A stretch of DNA of 64,000 bases from an uncultured Veillonellaceae bacterium (GCA_963805085.1 CAWDTA010000002.1:1920001-1984000), one strand, 5' to 3'. Numbered from the stretch's first letter, positions 1 to 11,147 are shown. Notes: a model not told the origin generated them from the letters alone. Numbers and translations are program-made.

Positions 1-474
1 CTAGAGGCGCGAGAAAAAATGTTAGCGGCTGCCTGCATGGGGGGAATTGCATTCTCAAACTGCGCGCTAGGCATCGTACATAGTGTCGCACACACATTTG
101 GAGCAGAATATGACATACCGCATGGCTTGGCCAATGCAATTATGCTGCCATATGGAATAAAATTCAATGACAAAGATGAAAGGGTACATGCCCGTTATAC
201 TGAGCTGGCAAAAATGGTTGGTCAAGATTCTTTATATGATGCTATTGTAAAACTCAATCAAAATCTTGCGATACCACATTCAATGAAAGAAGCGATAAAA
301 AAAGACGATGATGTAGAAAACAAAATTGATATGCTTGCCGAAAAAGCGATGCAGGATGTCTGCACTCCATTCACTCCCATCAAACCTTCACTTGATGAGA
401 TGAAACAGTTGATTCTTGCTGTTTACGCAGGGGATGTATCTATGATAGTAGGATTTATAAGACTAGGCAAATAA
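1..474 (+). CDS. Iron-containing alcohol dehydrogenase, C-terminal part (5' end outside window)
   Basis: Frame is open from base 1; Fe-ADH motifs GIAFSNCALGIVHSVAH and IPHGLANA. Confidence 0.9.
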   Translation, partial: LEAREKMLAAACMGGIAFSNCALGIVHSVAHTFGAEYDIPHGLANAIMLPYGIKFNDKDERVHARYTELAKMVGQDSLYDAIVKLNQNLAIPHSMKEAIKKDDDVENKIDMLAEKAMQDVCTPFTPIKPSLDEMKQLILAVYAGDVSMIVGFIRLGK

Positions 475-516
475 ATATTGGGCGTGCCGATTTGCGGCAC
501 GCCCAATATTTATTTG
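468..516. terminator. Bidirectional intrinsic terminator
   Basis: Perfect inverted repeat caaataaatattgggcgtgccg/cggcacgcccaatatttatttg between convergent genes. Confidence 0.85.
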
Positions 517-576
517 TTTAAGTATCTATTATAGAGTTTTTCAATATTAAATAGTAAAGATTTTGTTTGACGAAAT

Positions 577-1983
577 TTATGCATAATAAAGGCAATTGTT
601 AATATAATCTGCAAGCTCTTTTTGATTTTTTAGTTTTGGTTTTGGTGGTGTTTGTTCGTAAGCTGGTAAACGTTTTTTGATAAATTGTGTATCAATATTT
701 CCAGTACAGAAACAAGTATCAGCTAAGATGCGTTTGTGAAGTGCAATCGTTGTCTTGACACCGTCAACTTTGAATTCATTTAAAGCTCGTTGCATGATTT
801 TAATTGCATCACCGCGCGTACGCCCGTGAGCAACAACTTTGGCCATAAGTGAATCGTAGTATGGCTCAATGGAAAGACCAGCAGATACGCCACTATCAAC
901 ACGAACTCTTGGACCACCTGGTTCATGATAGAAATCAATTAAGCCAGGGGAAGGTAAGAAGTTATTATCAGGATCTTCCGCATTGATACGGCATTCAATC
1001 GCATGACCGATAAATTGGATATCATCTTGACTTTTATTGAGTGGTTCACCAGAGGCGATTCTCAGTTGGCGACGAACTAAATCGATCCCCGTAATTGCTT
1101 CTGTAATCGCATGCTCCACTTGAATGCGTGGATTGATTTCCATAAAGAAGAATTTTCCTGTTTTTACATCCATCAAGAATTCTACGGTACCAACATTCGT
1201 GTAATGAATGCTTTTACCTGCTTTAATCGCAAGGGCGCCAAGTTTATTACGCATATCGTTGGTTAAAGCAGTAGAAGGAGCTTCTTCGAGAATTTTTTGG
1301 TTGCGACGCTGAAGCGAACATTCACGTTCGCCAAGATGAATGATATTGCCATAGTTATCCGCCATAATTTGTACTTCAATATGACGAGACTTTTCAATAT
1401 AATGTTCGAAGTAGAAAGAAGTTTTTGTTACATCAACGATTTGTAATATGCTCGCTAGTTCTTCTTCATTATAAATGACGAACATTGATTTGCCGCCGCC
1501 ACCAGACACTGGCTTTATAATTACCGGATAGCCAATTTCTTCAGCAATCGCCGGTGCTTCTTCATTGTTTTTAAGAGGTTTACTACCTTTTGTCATCGGT
1601 ATACCAGCCGCGAGCATTGCTTCGCGGGCCACATCTTTATCGCCTACTTGACGGATTGTTTCCGCAAGTGGACCTACCCACACGAGACCAGCATTGGTAA
1701 CTTTTTCGGCAAAATCGGCATTTTCAGATAAAAAACCATAACCAGGATGGATTGCTTCCGCTTTTGTTGCTTTTGCAGCTTCAATAATAGCATCCATATT
1801 TAAATAACTGTGTATTGCATCCGCAGGGCCGATATTATAGGATAGATCGGCTAATTGTACGTGGATAGCTTTTTCATCAACATCTGAGTAAACTGCAACT
1901 GTTTCAATCCCCAATTCTTGACAAGCGCGGATGATACGTACAGCAATTTCACCACGATTTGCGATAAGAAGGCGTTTGAACAT
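577..1983 (-). CDS. accC: Biotin carboxylase (AccC / pyruvate carboxylase subunit A family)
   Basis: LIANRGEIA, HPGYGFLSENA, GGGGK, ERECSLQRRNQK, EINPRIQVEH motifs; ATG at 1983 follows GGAGG. Confidence 0.88.
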   Translation of the reverse strand: MFKRLLIANRGEIAVRIIRACQELGIETVAVYSDVDEKAIHVQLADLSYNIGPADAIHSYLNMDAIIEAAKATKAEAIHPGYGFLSENADFAEKVTNAGLVWVGPLAETIRQVGDKDVAREAMLAAGIPMTKGSKPLKNNEEAPAIAEEIGYPVIIKPVSGGGGKSMFVIYNEEELASILQIVDVTKTSFYFEHYIEKSRHIEVQIMADNYGNIIHLGERECSLQRRNQKILEEAPSTALTNDMRNKLGALAIKAGKSIHYTNVGTVEFLMDVKTGKFFFMEINPRIQVEHAITEAITGIDLVRRQLRIASGEPLNKSQDDIQFIGHAIECRINAEDPDNNFLPSPGLIDFYHEPGGPRVRVDSGVSAGLSIEPYYDSLMAKVVAHGRTRGDAIKIMQRALNEFKVDGVKTTIALHKRILADTCFCTGNIDTQFIKKRLPAYEQTPPKPKLKNQKELADYINNCLYYA

Positions 1984-2197
1984 GTAAGTTACCTCCAAAA
2001 TTATTTAAAAATTAATATAATATAATATATTATGTTAAATTATATTATAATGTATTATATTATAATATATTAAGGAAAACAATATAGATTGTGAATGTAT
2101 ACACAAGGTTAAATAAATTAAATTATTCTGATATTTATCATTTGAAAATTAGGTATAATGATTATTTATACTATAAAATTAAATTAAAGAGGCGCGT

Positions 2198-4006
2198 ATG
2201 ACAGAAAAAATCTTAGAGAAATTACAACTTTTACCTGATAAACCAGGTGTGTATATTATGAAAGATGAGCAAGGTAAGATTATCTATGTAGGAAAAGCGA
2301 TTATTTTAAAAAATCGGGTACGTTCCTATTTTCAAAGTAGCCGCAATCATTCCGCCAAAGTACAAGCGATGGTAGCGCGGATTGATGATTTTGAATATAT
2401 CATCACTGGTTCTGAAATCGAAGCGCTTATTTTAGAGTGTAATTTGATTAAGAAGCATCGTCCCAAATATAATATTAGCCTGCGTGATGACAAGACATAT
2501 CCCTATGTAAAAGTGACAACCAATGAAGTTTTCCCTCGTGTTTTTGTCACGAGACAGGTGCAAAAAGATGGTGCGAGATATTTTGGTCCCTATACCAATG
2601 TAGGTGCGGTGCATGAAAGTATCAAATTATTAAGGAAACTTTTTCCCTTGCGCAGCTGTCGGCATTTAGACGCGAAACGTCCTTGCTTGGAGTATCATAT
2701 TAAACGTTGTCTAGCCCCCTGTGCTGGAAAAATTGATGAAAAAGAATATGGTGCAATGATTAAAAGTGTTTGTCTTTTTCTTGAAGGTCGCAGTGAAGCC
2801 GTTGAAAAAGATTTAACGAAACGGATGGAAGCTGCCGCAGCAAATTTTGAATTTGAGCGGGCGGCAAAATTACGTGATCAATTATTGGCGGTAAAAAAAG
2901 TAACGGAGAAGCAAAATATCGTAACTGGATCAGGCGATCAAGATGCCATAGGCATGGCACGCTCCGAGTTTGGCGTATGTATGCAGGTGTTTTTCATTCG
3001 CAGTGGGAAAATGGTCGGACGCGACCATTTTCTGCTTACAGGTAGTGATGGTGAAAGTGATGAAGCGGTATTAACTGCATTTCTAAAGCAATACTATAAT
3101 CAAACCACGTTCATTCCACGGGAAATTTTATTGCCAATCGATTTAACAGAGCAAGCCTTGCTGGCAGAGTGGCTCAGTGAAAAGAAAGAAGCAAAAGTTT
3201 CCGTAGAAACGCCAAAACGTGGAACCAAACGCGATATTGTAACGATGGCGATTGGCAATGCAAAAATTGTTCTGGAAGAACAACTCGCAAAATTAAAAAC
3301 GGCAAATCAGCAAACCGAAGGTGCGGTAGTAGAATTGGGGCAATATCTTCAGTTAGGTAAGCCACCAAATCGTATGGAATGTTTTGATATTTCCCATATC
3401 CAAGGCTCAGAAACGGTTGCTTCGATGGTCGTGTTTGAAGGCGGGATACCAAAAAAAGATGCGTACCGTCGATATAAAATTCAATCGGCAGAAGGAAAAC
3501 CAGATGATTTTAAATCTATGCGCGAGGTTGTGGGACGCCGTTATGGGGAAGCTGCCGCCGATGATTTGCCAGATTTAATTATCATTGATGGTGGCAAGGG
3601 GCAACTCAGTTCGGCACTGGAGATTATTCGGGGAGCCGGGCATTATCAAGTGCCGGTTGTCGGCCTCGCCAAACAGTTTGAATATATCTTTACCGAAGGT
3701 GAAAGCGAACCAGTGATTTTACCACGACATAGTCAAGCTTTATACCTGGTCCAACGCATTCGTGATGAAGCCCATCGCTTTGCGATTACCTATCATCGTA
3801 AGTTGCGTAGCAAACGTAATATGGTCTCCGTGCTTGATCATGTTGTTGGGGTTGGCCCTAAACGCCGCAGGGCACTTTGGGATCATTTTGGTACGCTAAA
3901 TAAGATAAAAGCAGCCAGTGTAGAAGAAATGGCCGCTGTATCGGGGATGAATTTGCCCACAGCGCAAGCAGTTTACAATTTTTTTCAAACTAAAGATCAA
4001 ATGTAG
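2198..4006 (+). CDS. uvrC: Excinuclease ABC subunit C
   Basis: GIY-YIG N-terminus (PGVYIM..IIYVGKA), UVR domain, CFDISH, IIIDGGKGQ, RDEAHRFA, C-terminal HhH. Confidence 0.97.
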   Translation: MTEKILEKLQLLPDKPGVYIMKDEQGKIIYVGKAIILKNRVRSYFQSSRNHSAKVQAMVARIDDFEYIITGSEIEALILECNLIKKHRPKYNISLRDDKTYPYVKVTTNEVFPRVFVTRQVQKDGARYFGPYTNVGAVHESIKLLRKLFPLRSCRHLDAKRPCLEYHIKRCLAPCAGKIDEKEYGAMIKSVCLFLEGRSEAVEKDLTKRMEAAAANFEFERAAKLRDQLLAVKKVTEKQNIVTGSGDQDAIGMARSEFGVCMQVFFIRSGKMVGRDHFLLTGSDGESDEAVLTAFLKQYYNQTTFIPREILLPIDLTEQALLAEWLSEKKEAKVSVETPKRGTKRDIVTMAIGNAKIVLEEQLAKLKTANQQTEGAVVELGQYLQLGKPPNRMECFDISHIQGSETVASMVVFEGGIPKKDAYRRYKIQSAEGKPDDFKSMREVVGRRYGEAAADDLPDLIIIDGGKGQLSSALEIIRGAGHYQVPVVGLAKQFEYIFTEGESEPVILPRHSQALYLVQRIRDEAHRFAITYHRKLRSKRNMVSVLDHVVGVGPKRRRALWDHFGTLNKIKAASVEEMAAVSGMNLPTAQAVYNFFQTKDQM

Positions 4007-4095
4007 TTGTTTTTTAGATAAGTTTGTATTTTGTTCATAAAAAAACTATAATGAAAGTATCTAGGTGATTTTTACTTAATAAGGTGGAACTGTTG

Positions 4096-4950
4096 ATGAA
4101 AATAATTGATTTGCATACACATTCAAATATATCTGATGGTAGTTATACACCCAGTGAGGTTATTAATTTAGCGCATGATGCTGGCATTGATGCCATTGCC
4201 TTAACAGATCATGACACGATAGCCGGGATTAGTGAAGCACAAGCAAAAGCAAAAAAGTTAGGTGTAGAATTTTTACCTGGGATGGAAATGAGTGTGCAAT
4301 TTAAAAGTCGGAGACTGCACATTGTAGCGCTGGGCTTTGATCGTCATCATCCAGCCTTTCAAATGCTATATAAGAAAATTCGTCGAATCAAAGAATCAGG
4401 TGTAGCTGGGGCGGTAGAAAAAATTCGCGCTAAAGATATTGATGTTAGTATGGCGATACTAGAAAAGAACTTTACGACGATTGATAACGTAGACCGTTAT
4501 GCGATTATGCGTTATTTTGTTTCATTAAATATGTTTGATAATGTACAAAAAATCTGGGATAATTATATTAATCCAGCATTTACTGGTTTTGATGCCAATA
4601 TTACTGCCGAAGAAGGTTTTGCAGCTATTAGAGCAGCTGGTGGCATAACATCTCTGGCACATTATCAAAAAAGACTTGGCTTAGGTGGGATGACTAGGTC
4701 TGAGCAAGAAGCGACCATCCAAGAATTAATGGCCTTAGGCTTAGATGGTATGGAAGGCTATTATCCAAATTACAGTGAGGAAGATCAAGACTTTGCTACT
4801 TATCTCATTGATAAATATAAGATGTTACCAACAGGTGGGACAGATTTTCATGGAAAAAATCGTTCCAATGTAGTGCTCGGTACAGGTATAGATAATAATA
4901 TGTCAGTACCCTATGAGTGGTATCAAAATATCGCATATAAATGTAAATAA
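4096..4950 (+). CDS. PHP-domain metal-dependent phosphoesterase (TrpH/YciV-like)
   Basis: IDLHTHSNISDG, ALTDHDT and GGTDFHG motifs. Confidence 0.88.
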   Translation: MKIIDLHTHSNISDGSYTPSEVINLAHDAGIDAIALTDHDTIAGISEAQAKAKKLGVEFLPGMEMSVQFKSRRLHIVALGFDRHHPAFQMLYKKIRRIKESGVAGAVEKIRAKDIDVSMAILEKNFTTIDNVDRYAIMRYFVSLNMFDNVQKIWDNYINPAFTGFDANITAEEGFAAIRAAGGITSLAHYQKRLGLGGMTRSEQEATIQELMALGLDGMEGYYPNYSEEDQDFATYLIDKYKMLPTGGTDFHGKNRSNVVLGTGIDNNMSVPYEWYQNIAYKCK

Positions 4951-4968
4951 AGTTTAGGAGAAATTACA

Positions 4969-5241
4969 ATGAAAAAAGGAAAATTAATTACGCAATACCA
5001 AGCAGTTTTTTCTATTAGTGATGATAAAACAAATAATATAACGTGGAAACTTGTTAATAGACCGCATGATAGTATTAAAAATGAGATGCATAATCAAGAT
5101 GGACAAGATCAAATATTTGCCACGAGTGATGAATATTTTGAAGTACATATCTTGCAAGGTGATAAGGTTATTGGTAAAGTGGAAGCTATTATGTGTCAGC
5201 ACATTGAATATTATGCAACGGAAAAAGAAAGCTTAGATTAA
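4969..5241 (+). CDS. Hypothetical protein (90 aa)
   Basis: AGGAG RBS, directly downstream of the PHP gene and followed by a terminator. Confidence 0.65.
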   Translation: MKKGKLITQYQAVFSISDDKTNNITWKLVNRPHDSIKNEMHNQDGQDQIFATSDEYFEVHILQGDKVIGKVEAIMCQHIEYYATEKESLD

Positions 5242-5252
5242 AAGGTTCTAAA

Positions 5253-5300
5253 AAAAGAAACGCGATAGCGGGAAGCAATTCCCCTATCGCGTTTCTTTTC
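5253..5300. terminator. Intrinsic terminator, likely bidirectional
   Basis: aaaagaaacgcgatag...ctatcgcgtttctttt hairpin between convergent genes. Confidence 0.75.
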
Positions 5301-5351
5301 TTAGAGTCTTAATTTATGATCGCTATGGAATAGCAAGATCAATGGCGTCCA

Positions 5352-7353
5352 TTATATCCGAAATTTGCCTAGACTCTTATTTAATTCATTTGCTAAATGC
5401 GCTAAGTCATCGCTTGAAGCGGCAATTTGTTGCATTGCTGCAGATTGCTGCTCTGTAGCGGCCGAAACAGTTTGAGTATGTGCTACGGTTTCATTCATCA
5501 CATGGTTTATTTCGGTAGAAGAAGACTCAATGATATGTCCATCATCAAATAGCGTAGCTACGTTTGACAATACTTGTGAAGTTTTTTGCTGGACATTTTC
5601 AATCAAATGTGAGATTTGCAAAAACTGTGCTTCTGCTTCGTTTACATGTTTCATCCCAAAAGAAACTTCGCTGGAAGCTTGATCAACTGCCGACACAGCA
5701 CCAGATACAGCTTGATTAATTTCATCTATTAATGCAATAATTTGACTGGTTGACTGTTGAGATTGTTCGGCAAGTTTTCGAACTTCATCGGCGACGACGG
5801 CAAAGCCTCGACCTTGTTCACCAGCTCGGGCTGCTTCTATTGCGGCATTTAATGCTAGTAAATTTGTCTGAGCGGCAATGCCAGAAATCATATTTACGAT
5901 TTCACTAATTTTTGCTGTTCCCACAGATAATTTTACCACGGTTTCACTTACATTTTTAGTACTTGTATTAATGCTTTCCATTTGGACTCTAGCAGCTTGC
6001 GCTCTTTCAGTTCCTTTTGTACTGCTTTCCACGGCAAGGTTCGCAGACCCATTCGCTTCTTCGGTATTCCCCTTCATGGTACCAATTTCTTGTATGAAAC
6101 TAGCCATGGTGGTGTTAACTTTGTTAATGGTTGTTTGTCCGTGAATTGTTTCATCTGCTACTTTGGTAACTGCTTCGGCAACTTGAGTCGCTGTTTGCGC
6201 TGATTGATTTGCGCTTTCTTTCAATTGTAAGGAAGAAGTAGCGGTGTGATTTGCAGATTCATTCACTTGTCCAATTAATGACCATAGCTTTTCACGCATC
6301 TGAATCATTGCGATGCGCAACGTTCCCACTTCATCTTTTACCTGGTAATGGGAACGATCTATTGCTTCTAACGTACGATTTTGTTAAATCGCCAGCAGCG
6401 ATTGCACTAGCATATTGGGACATTTCTTTAATTGGTCGTACAATACGCCCAGCAATCCAATTTACGACAAAAGCAGCTAAACCTAAACCGATAAAGAAGA
6501 GTAGAACAAACATCCACGTCAACTGTCTGACTGGAGCAAATTCTTGTGCAGTTGGAGCAATCGTAAACACGCCCCATTTATCCTGGGTTGGAGCAAAAGC
6601 GACAATTGATTCGATACCATCAATTTGTGTAACGATGTAGCCCTTATTGCCTTGCTTGATACTTTCGAGTGCTTGCATCAATTGCTCATTGCCTAAATCT
6701 TTAATGCTGCTCTTCATAATAAGCTCTGCCTTGGGATGACTAACAATCATTCCATCAGGAGCTACCAGCATGCAATAACCAGCTTCGCCAACTTTTGTTT
6801 CACTAAAGCCTTCCGTGAATTTTTCTAGTGGGATACCACCAACGACTGCGCCAATGACACGATTATTAATAGATACTGGAGCAGCACCTACCACAATTGT
6901 TTTGCCTGTGGTCACAGAAACAATTGGATTATCTAAAAATGTCTTACCTTCAGGAAGTCTTTTTACATAACTTAAGGCAGATGCATCCACTAGTTTTCCT
7001 GCGCTGGTCGCAACATCCTTGCCAGACAAGTCCGGTAAGAAACTTACGGGATTCCATTGGGTGTAATCCTCCTGCATGTGCTTTGTGAAGGCAAATTGTA
7101 ACTGTCGATCCGCCTGTAGAGTTGAAAATTGTGCGGCACCTTGTTTTCCGAAAGAATCCATAATCGTTTTTTCACGCTGCATTCTGATATCAAAAGCATT
7201 TGACAATTCTTGCGCCCGAATTTGGAAGCGTTCCTCTAAATTGGTTGTGAGTATTTTCGATGTATTCCAATATGAAATTGCCATTATGCAAAGTAAAATC
7301 ACGGCAATCGTACTAATTATCGGTACTAACAATTGCATTCGCAGACTTTTCAT
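5352..7353 (-). pseudogene. Methyl-accepting chemotaxis protein (TM-dCache-TM-HAMP-MCPsignal) split by a 1-nt frameshift near 6375
   Basis: ORF 6331-7353 holds TM/Cache/TM and the HAMP start (AAGDLTKS). The +1 frame continues [19 protein letters not shown] into ORF 5352-6329, which has [37 protein letters not shown]. Confidence 0.85.
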
Positions 7354-7385
7354 CCAAAAACCTCCTACTTATAGACCCATTACAA

Positions 7386-8174
7386 TTATTTTGATTGTTC
7401 TACTTTAGAGAGTTCTTTACTATAATCTTGATTTAAAGAAGCTTGTTGAAATGCATCATTGCTAGGTAAAACCATTCTAAAGTCGGTGATACGCGCAATT
7501 TGGACTTTACCAGATTTGATACCACCATTTAAAATATGCCCACCAGATTTACGATCCTCTGAAATGAAGTGTAAATGATAGCCTGGTACGTTAATTCCGT
7601 TTACGTATTGTGGACATAGAAAACCAACGATGGTTCCTTTGGTTTGTTGAATATCAAAAACAGACTGTGTTTTCGCAGCGTCTGCCAAAGATGGATATGG
7701 TTTTGTTTTCCCTGGGATGCTGCGAGTTTGACCAGTGAATACACCATCAATACGAATCGCATAAATATAATTTTTATCTTTGATAATAGAATCTAAAGCT
7801 TCTTCTAATTCACCAAAAGTTTTTACATCATTAATTTCTCCGGTTTGTTCTGGTTTAAAATTCATAACATTGGCGAAAGGTGTTTTCATTTGATCATTTA
7901 CTAAAATAACTTCACCAGTAGATTTTACTTGATAAAATTTACCGTCTAAGGCAATCATTTCTCCATCAAGTCCCTCGAATGTGCCAATACCAAAATCACC
8001 AGATTTTTTTAATTCTTTCATTGTGACTTGACCATCATAGACACCTTGTAACAAAGCGTTAATTGTAGACACCTGATATAAAGAGTTTAGCGATTGTGCA
8101 CTGGCAACTACTGTGAAAAATAGTAAGCAAGCAACGGCAATAGAAATACGACCAATTGATTTAAGTCTATTCAT
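7386..8174 (-). CDS. budA: Alpha-acetolactate decarboxylase with N-terminal signal peptide
   Basis: LYQVSTINALLQGVYDG, GDFGIGTF, GYHLHF and GGH motifs; N-terminus MNRLKSIGRISIAVACLLFFTVVASA resembles a Sec signal with an A-S-A cleavage site. Confidence 0.9.
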   Translation of the reverse strand: MNRLKSIGRISIAVACLLFFTVVASAQSLNSLYQVSTINALLQGVYDGQVTMKELKKSGDFGIGTFEGLDGEMIALDGKFYQVKSTGEVILVNDQMKTPFANVMNFKPEQTGEINDVKTFGELEEALDSIIKDKNYIYAIRIDGVFTGQTRSIPGKTKPYPSLADAAKTQSVFDIQQTKGTIVGFLCPQYVNGINVPGYHLHFISEDRKSGGHILNGGIKSGKVQIARITDFRMVLPSNDAFQQASLNQDYSKELSKVEQSK

Positions 8175-8291
8175 GATTCCATCTCCAACTTATAAAATTT
8201 ACTGAATTTTACCCGTTTAATAGAGTTAGCAAAAAACATAAGAGGGTAAAATAAAGTACCTAATTTTTCATATTTCTGCACAATATAGCAA

Positions 8292-8344
8292 AATCCTCCT
8301 ACCATAGTTCTTTTCATAAAAAAGGGGACTATAGTAGGAGGATT
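8292..8344 (-). terminator. Hairpin/terminator after the LevR-like gene
   Basis: aatcctcctaccatagttc...ggactatagtaggaggatt imperfect inverted repeat. Confidence 0.55.
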
Positions 8345-8354
8345 GCGGCGCTTT

Positions 8355-11147
8355 TTAAACTCGAAATTTTATGATTTTTACGATGTAGCATACTTCATCA
8401 TCATTAATGTTGATATCATATTCCTTGGCTAGTACGTCAATGCTGGTGCGGACACGATCAAAGTCTGATTGATGGTCCTTTTTAAATGAATTAACATTTT
8501 CAAATAAAACAGCATCTTTATGAATACAGCGATCCAGCATACAGCCTGTGTGGACAATGAGATTTAGTATCAAATCTTCATCCTGGGGTACATAGCCAAT
8601 GCTATCAATGAATTTTTTTATATTAATGACAGCGAACTTTGGATTGATATACTTCACGTATTGTTCCAGCATATCTTTGGCTTTTTCATAAATAGTTTTT
8701 GTTGATTGATTCGCAGGTACTGCTTGCTTCCTATTGATATCTAGCAGATGAAGGAAATCTTTTTGGAAGCCTTTATCAAGAAGTTTATTGATGGGGAAAT
8801 AAGGTAAGTTTAAATCGGGATTTATATTGCCAACCACAGCGACTACGTTGTATTTTTGGTTCATTTCTTGTAACTTTTTCTTGGCATCGAGGTAATTCAC
8901 GACGATGATTTCTACTTGATCTTGGTAATTGTCTTTTAATAAATTTTCAAGAATATTTTTAGCAAGAATGCTAGAACCTTGACCAGTGACGCAAACCGAT
9001 AATATTGCTGTTTTGGTATTTTTAGCTGTAAGCGTATTTACTGGAGCTTCAGCAACTAGTGCATGATGTAAGGTATCAAGATCGTCGATTTTATATAAAA
9101 CATTACGGAGAACTTCAAGCACCAACGGGGTTGAAATATTATCAATGGTTTTTATTTTGATACCAGTATCGGCCATTAATTGTTCACCAAAATCTAAAAG
9201 GGAACCCATATCAACCAAGAGCATAACCCCTTTACCACGGTTGAGGGATATGACGGCGCTACGAACCTTGTTGTAGGTTTCGCTGATGGTTGCAGTGAGC
9301 GGCATGTCAATCGCTTTGCCCCATTCGGTATTAAGTAAAGCATTGGCAACATTGACGATACTGGAAGCCGTGGTATCGCCGTGACAGATGACAATCATGC
9401 CGATTTTTGCGTCATTGGGGGATTCGAGTTTGTTATGGGCAAGTAGTAGTGCGAGGAATCCTTTTTCGTCTTCGGGAATTATGACACCAAATTTCTCACT
9501 GAGCTTTTTGACCAGTTCCCTTGCCACCAGAAATTCCTCGGGATTTTCCCGTTTAATTTTTGATAAATGTTGATTTTGGATCACTTTGTCTTCTTCAATT
9601 CGTTTTAGCAAAGCTTGAATATGAAAGGATAAACCGAAAATAAATTTATTATTAAACTTTGTGGTTAATTGATGCTCAGCAAAATCAATCAAATCAGTAG
9701 TAACATCTACAATTTCCTTGGGGACTAACTTATAGAGCATAGTGATGTTGGCGCGCACGGTGTGGAAGTTTTTCATAATGTCACTAAAATAGTGAGATAC
9801 TTCACTTTTTAGTTCTTCATTAATGGTTTCATTACTCAGTCCTTGTGCTTTTAACGTATCTAATTTTTTTACGATTAATTCATAGATGTCATTTTTAACT
9901 TCAAACGGATAGTATTCATGCTCTTTTGTCGGAGAAATGATAATATTTTCCGAGAACATATTTAAATAATTTTTAATGCTGTTTTCTAGTTTTGCATAAT
10001 CAAATAATCCTTCACGAATTTCTTTTGTCAGCATTGGAAAATCAATATTGATTTCTTGATTATTTTGTAGGTGTTGTAAAAAAGCTTTGGCACATAAGAG
10101 TTTTATTTCGGAGCGTAATTGTCCAATGTTACCAACTTTAAAATCATAAATTGCTAGTGATTTTAATACTTCGGGGGCGAGTACAATTTGTTTATTCAGG
10201 TTAACCGCTTCACAGTAGAAAAAATGGTCAATAATTTCGATTTTTTCACTAATTGGTTTTTCAGCAAAGGTAGGCAGGGTAATCGTGACTGGAATACGAC
10301 GAATAAAAGTTGAGAGCAAAGCACCATTAGGTTCTTCGGTCGTGGCGGCAATGATGAGCAATTTGCTGGTTCTTTTTGCGCTGATTTCACCCAAACGATT
10401 ATATTCTCCCTTATCCATAAGGTAAAATAACATTTCTTGTCCATCTGGGGGCAGACGATGAATTTCATCTAAAAATAAGATGCCACCATTTGCCTTCTCG
10501 ACAAGACCAATTTTATCGCGGTCAGCACCAGTAAATGCATTTTTCACATGACCAAATAATTGTGATAACAATAGTTGTGGATTGTTGAAATAGTCAGCAC
10601 AGTTAAAGGTTACAAAAGGGAAATCATCGGGTTTTTTATTTTGCGCTAGCATACCATATTCATGCATTGCCGCGGCGAAGGTCGTTTTACCAACACCGCT
10701 TTCTCCGAGAATTAACGTATGAAGTCCTTTGGGGGGATAGACGATTGCGGCCTTCGCTTGGGCAATCTGATTGAGTAAACTACTATGATTGCCCAACAAG
10801 TGCATAAAGGGATCATCGATTGTTTCTTGTAGTATGGTCGATTCGAAGGCTGCTTTTAATTCACTGAATGAATAACTGTTTTTTCGTTCAAGGGGGTGTT
10901 TCTCTTGGATTGTCTCGATCATCCCATAGGTAAGAAAAGTAACGGGACGGCTATTGATTTTGATTAATCGATCGTCCTTCCACAGCTGATTCAAAATCGT
11001 ACTGGCATTATTTCGCACGATACCGAGTTCATTTTGAATCAAGGTTGCATCGATTCCAGGGTTATCATTTTGTTTCATCGCGTTCATGATGTCCTCATAA
11101 GAGAGTGTCTGTTCGATAAACTGCATAATCATGTCAATTTTTTTCAA
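8355..11147 (-). CDS. LevR-type sigma54-dependent PTS-regulated activator (HTH, AAA+, PRD, EIIA-Man-like, EIIB-like, PRD)
   Basis: Walker A GESGVGKT, GAFTGA-like NAFTGA, LFLDEIHRL, ICHG (EIIA-like), VCVTGQG (EIIB-like); divergent from the PTS operon. Confidence 0.92.
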   Translation of the reverse strand: MKKIDMIMQFIEQTLSYEDIMNAMKQNDNPGIDATLIQNELGIVRNNASTILNQLWKDDRLIKINSRPVTFLTYGMIETIQEKHPLERKNSYSFSELKAAFESTILQETIDDPFMHLLGNHSSLLNQIAQAKAAIVYPPKGLHTLILGESGVGKTTFAAAMHEYGMLAQNKKPDDFPFVTFNCADYFNNPQLLLSQLFGHVKNAFTGADRDKIGLVEKANGGILFLDEIHRLPPDGQEMLFYLMDKGEYNRLGEISAKRTSKLLIIAATTEEPNGALLSTFIRRIPVTITLPTFAEKPISEKIEIIDHFFYCEAVNLNKQIVLAPEVLKSLAIYDFKVGNIGQLRSEIKLLCAKAFLQHLQNNQEINIDFPMLTKEIREGLFDYAKLENSIKNYLNMFSENIIISPTKEHEYYPFEVKNDIYELIVKKLDTLKAQGLSNETINEELKSEVSHYFSDIMKNFHTVRANITMLYKLVPKEIVDVTTDLIDFAEHQLTTKFNNKFIFGLSFHIQALLKRIEEDKVIQNQHLSKIKRENPEEFLVARELVKKLSEKFGVIIPEDEKGFLALLLAHNKLESPNDAKIGMIVICHGDTTASSIVNVANALLNTEWGKAIDMPLTATISETYNKVRSAVISLNRGKGVMLLVDMGSLLDFGEQLMADTGIKIKTIDNISTPLVLEVLRNVLYKIDDLDTLHHALVAEAPVNTLTAKNTKTAILSVCVTGQGSSILAKNILENLLKDNYQDQVEIIVVNYLDAKKKLQEMNQKYNVVAVVGNINPDLNLPYFPINKLLDKGFQKDFLHLLDINRKQAVPANQSTKTIYEKAKDMLEQYVKYINPKFAVINIKKFIDSIGYVPQDEDLILNLIVHTGCMLDRCIHKDAVLFENVNSFKKDHQSDFDRVRTSIDVLAKEYDININDDEVCYIVKIIKFRV

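Noticed and set aside
2080-2197. LexA/SOS box upstream of uvrC
   Set aside because: No GAAC-N4-GTTC match seen.
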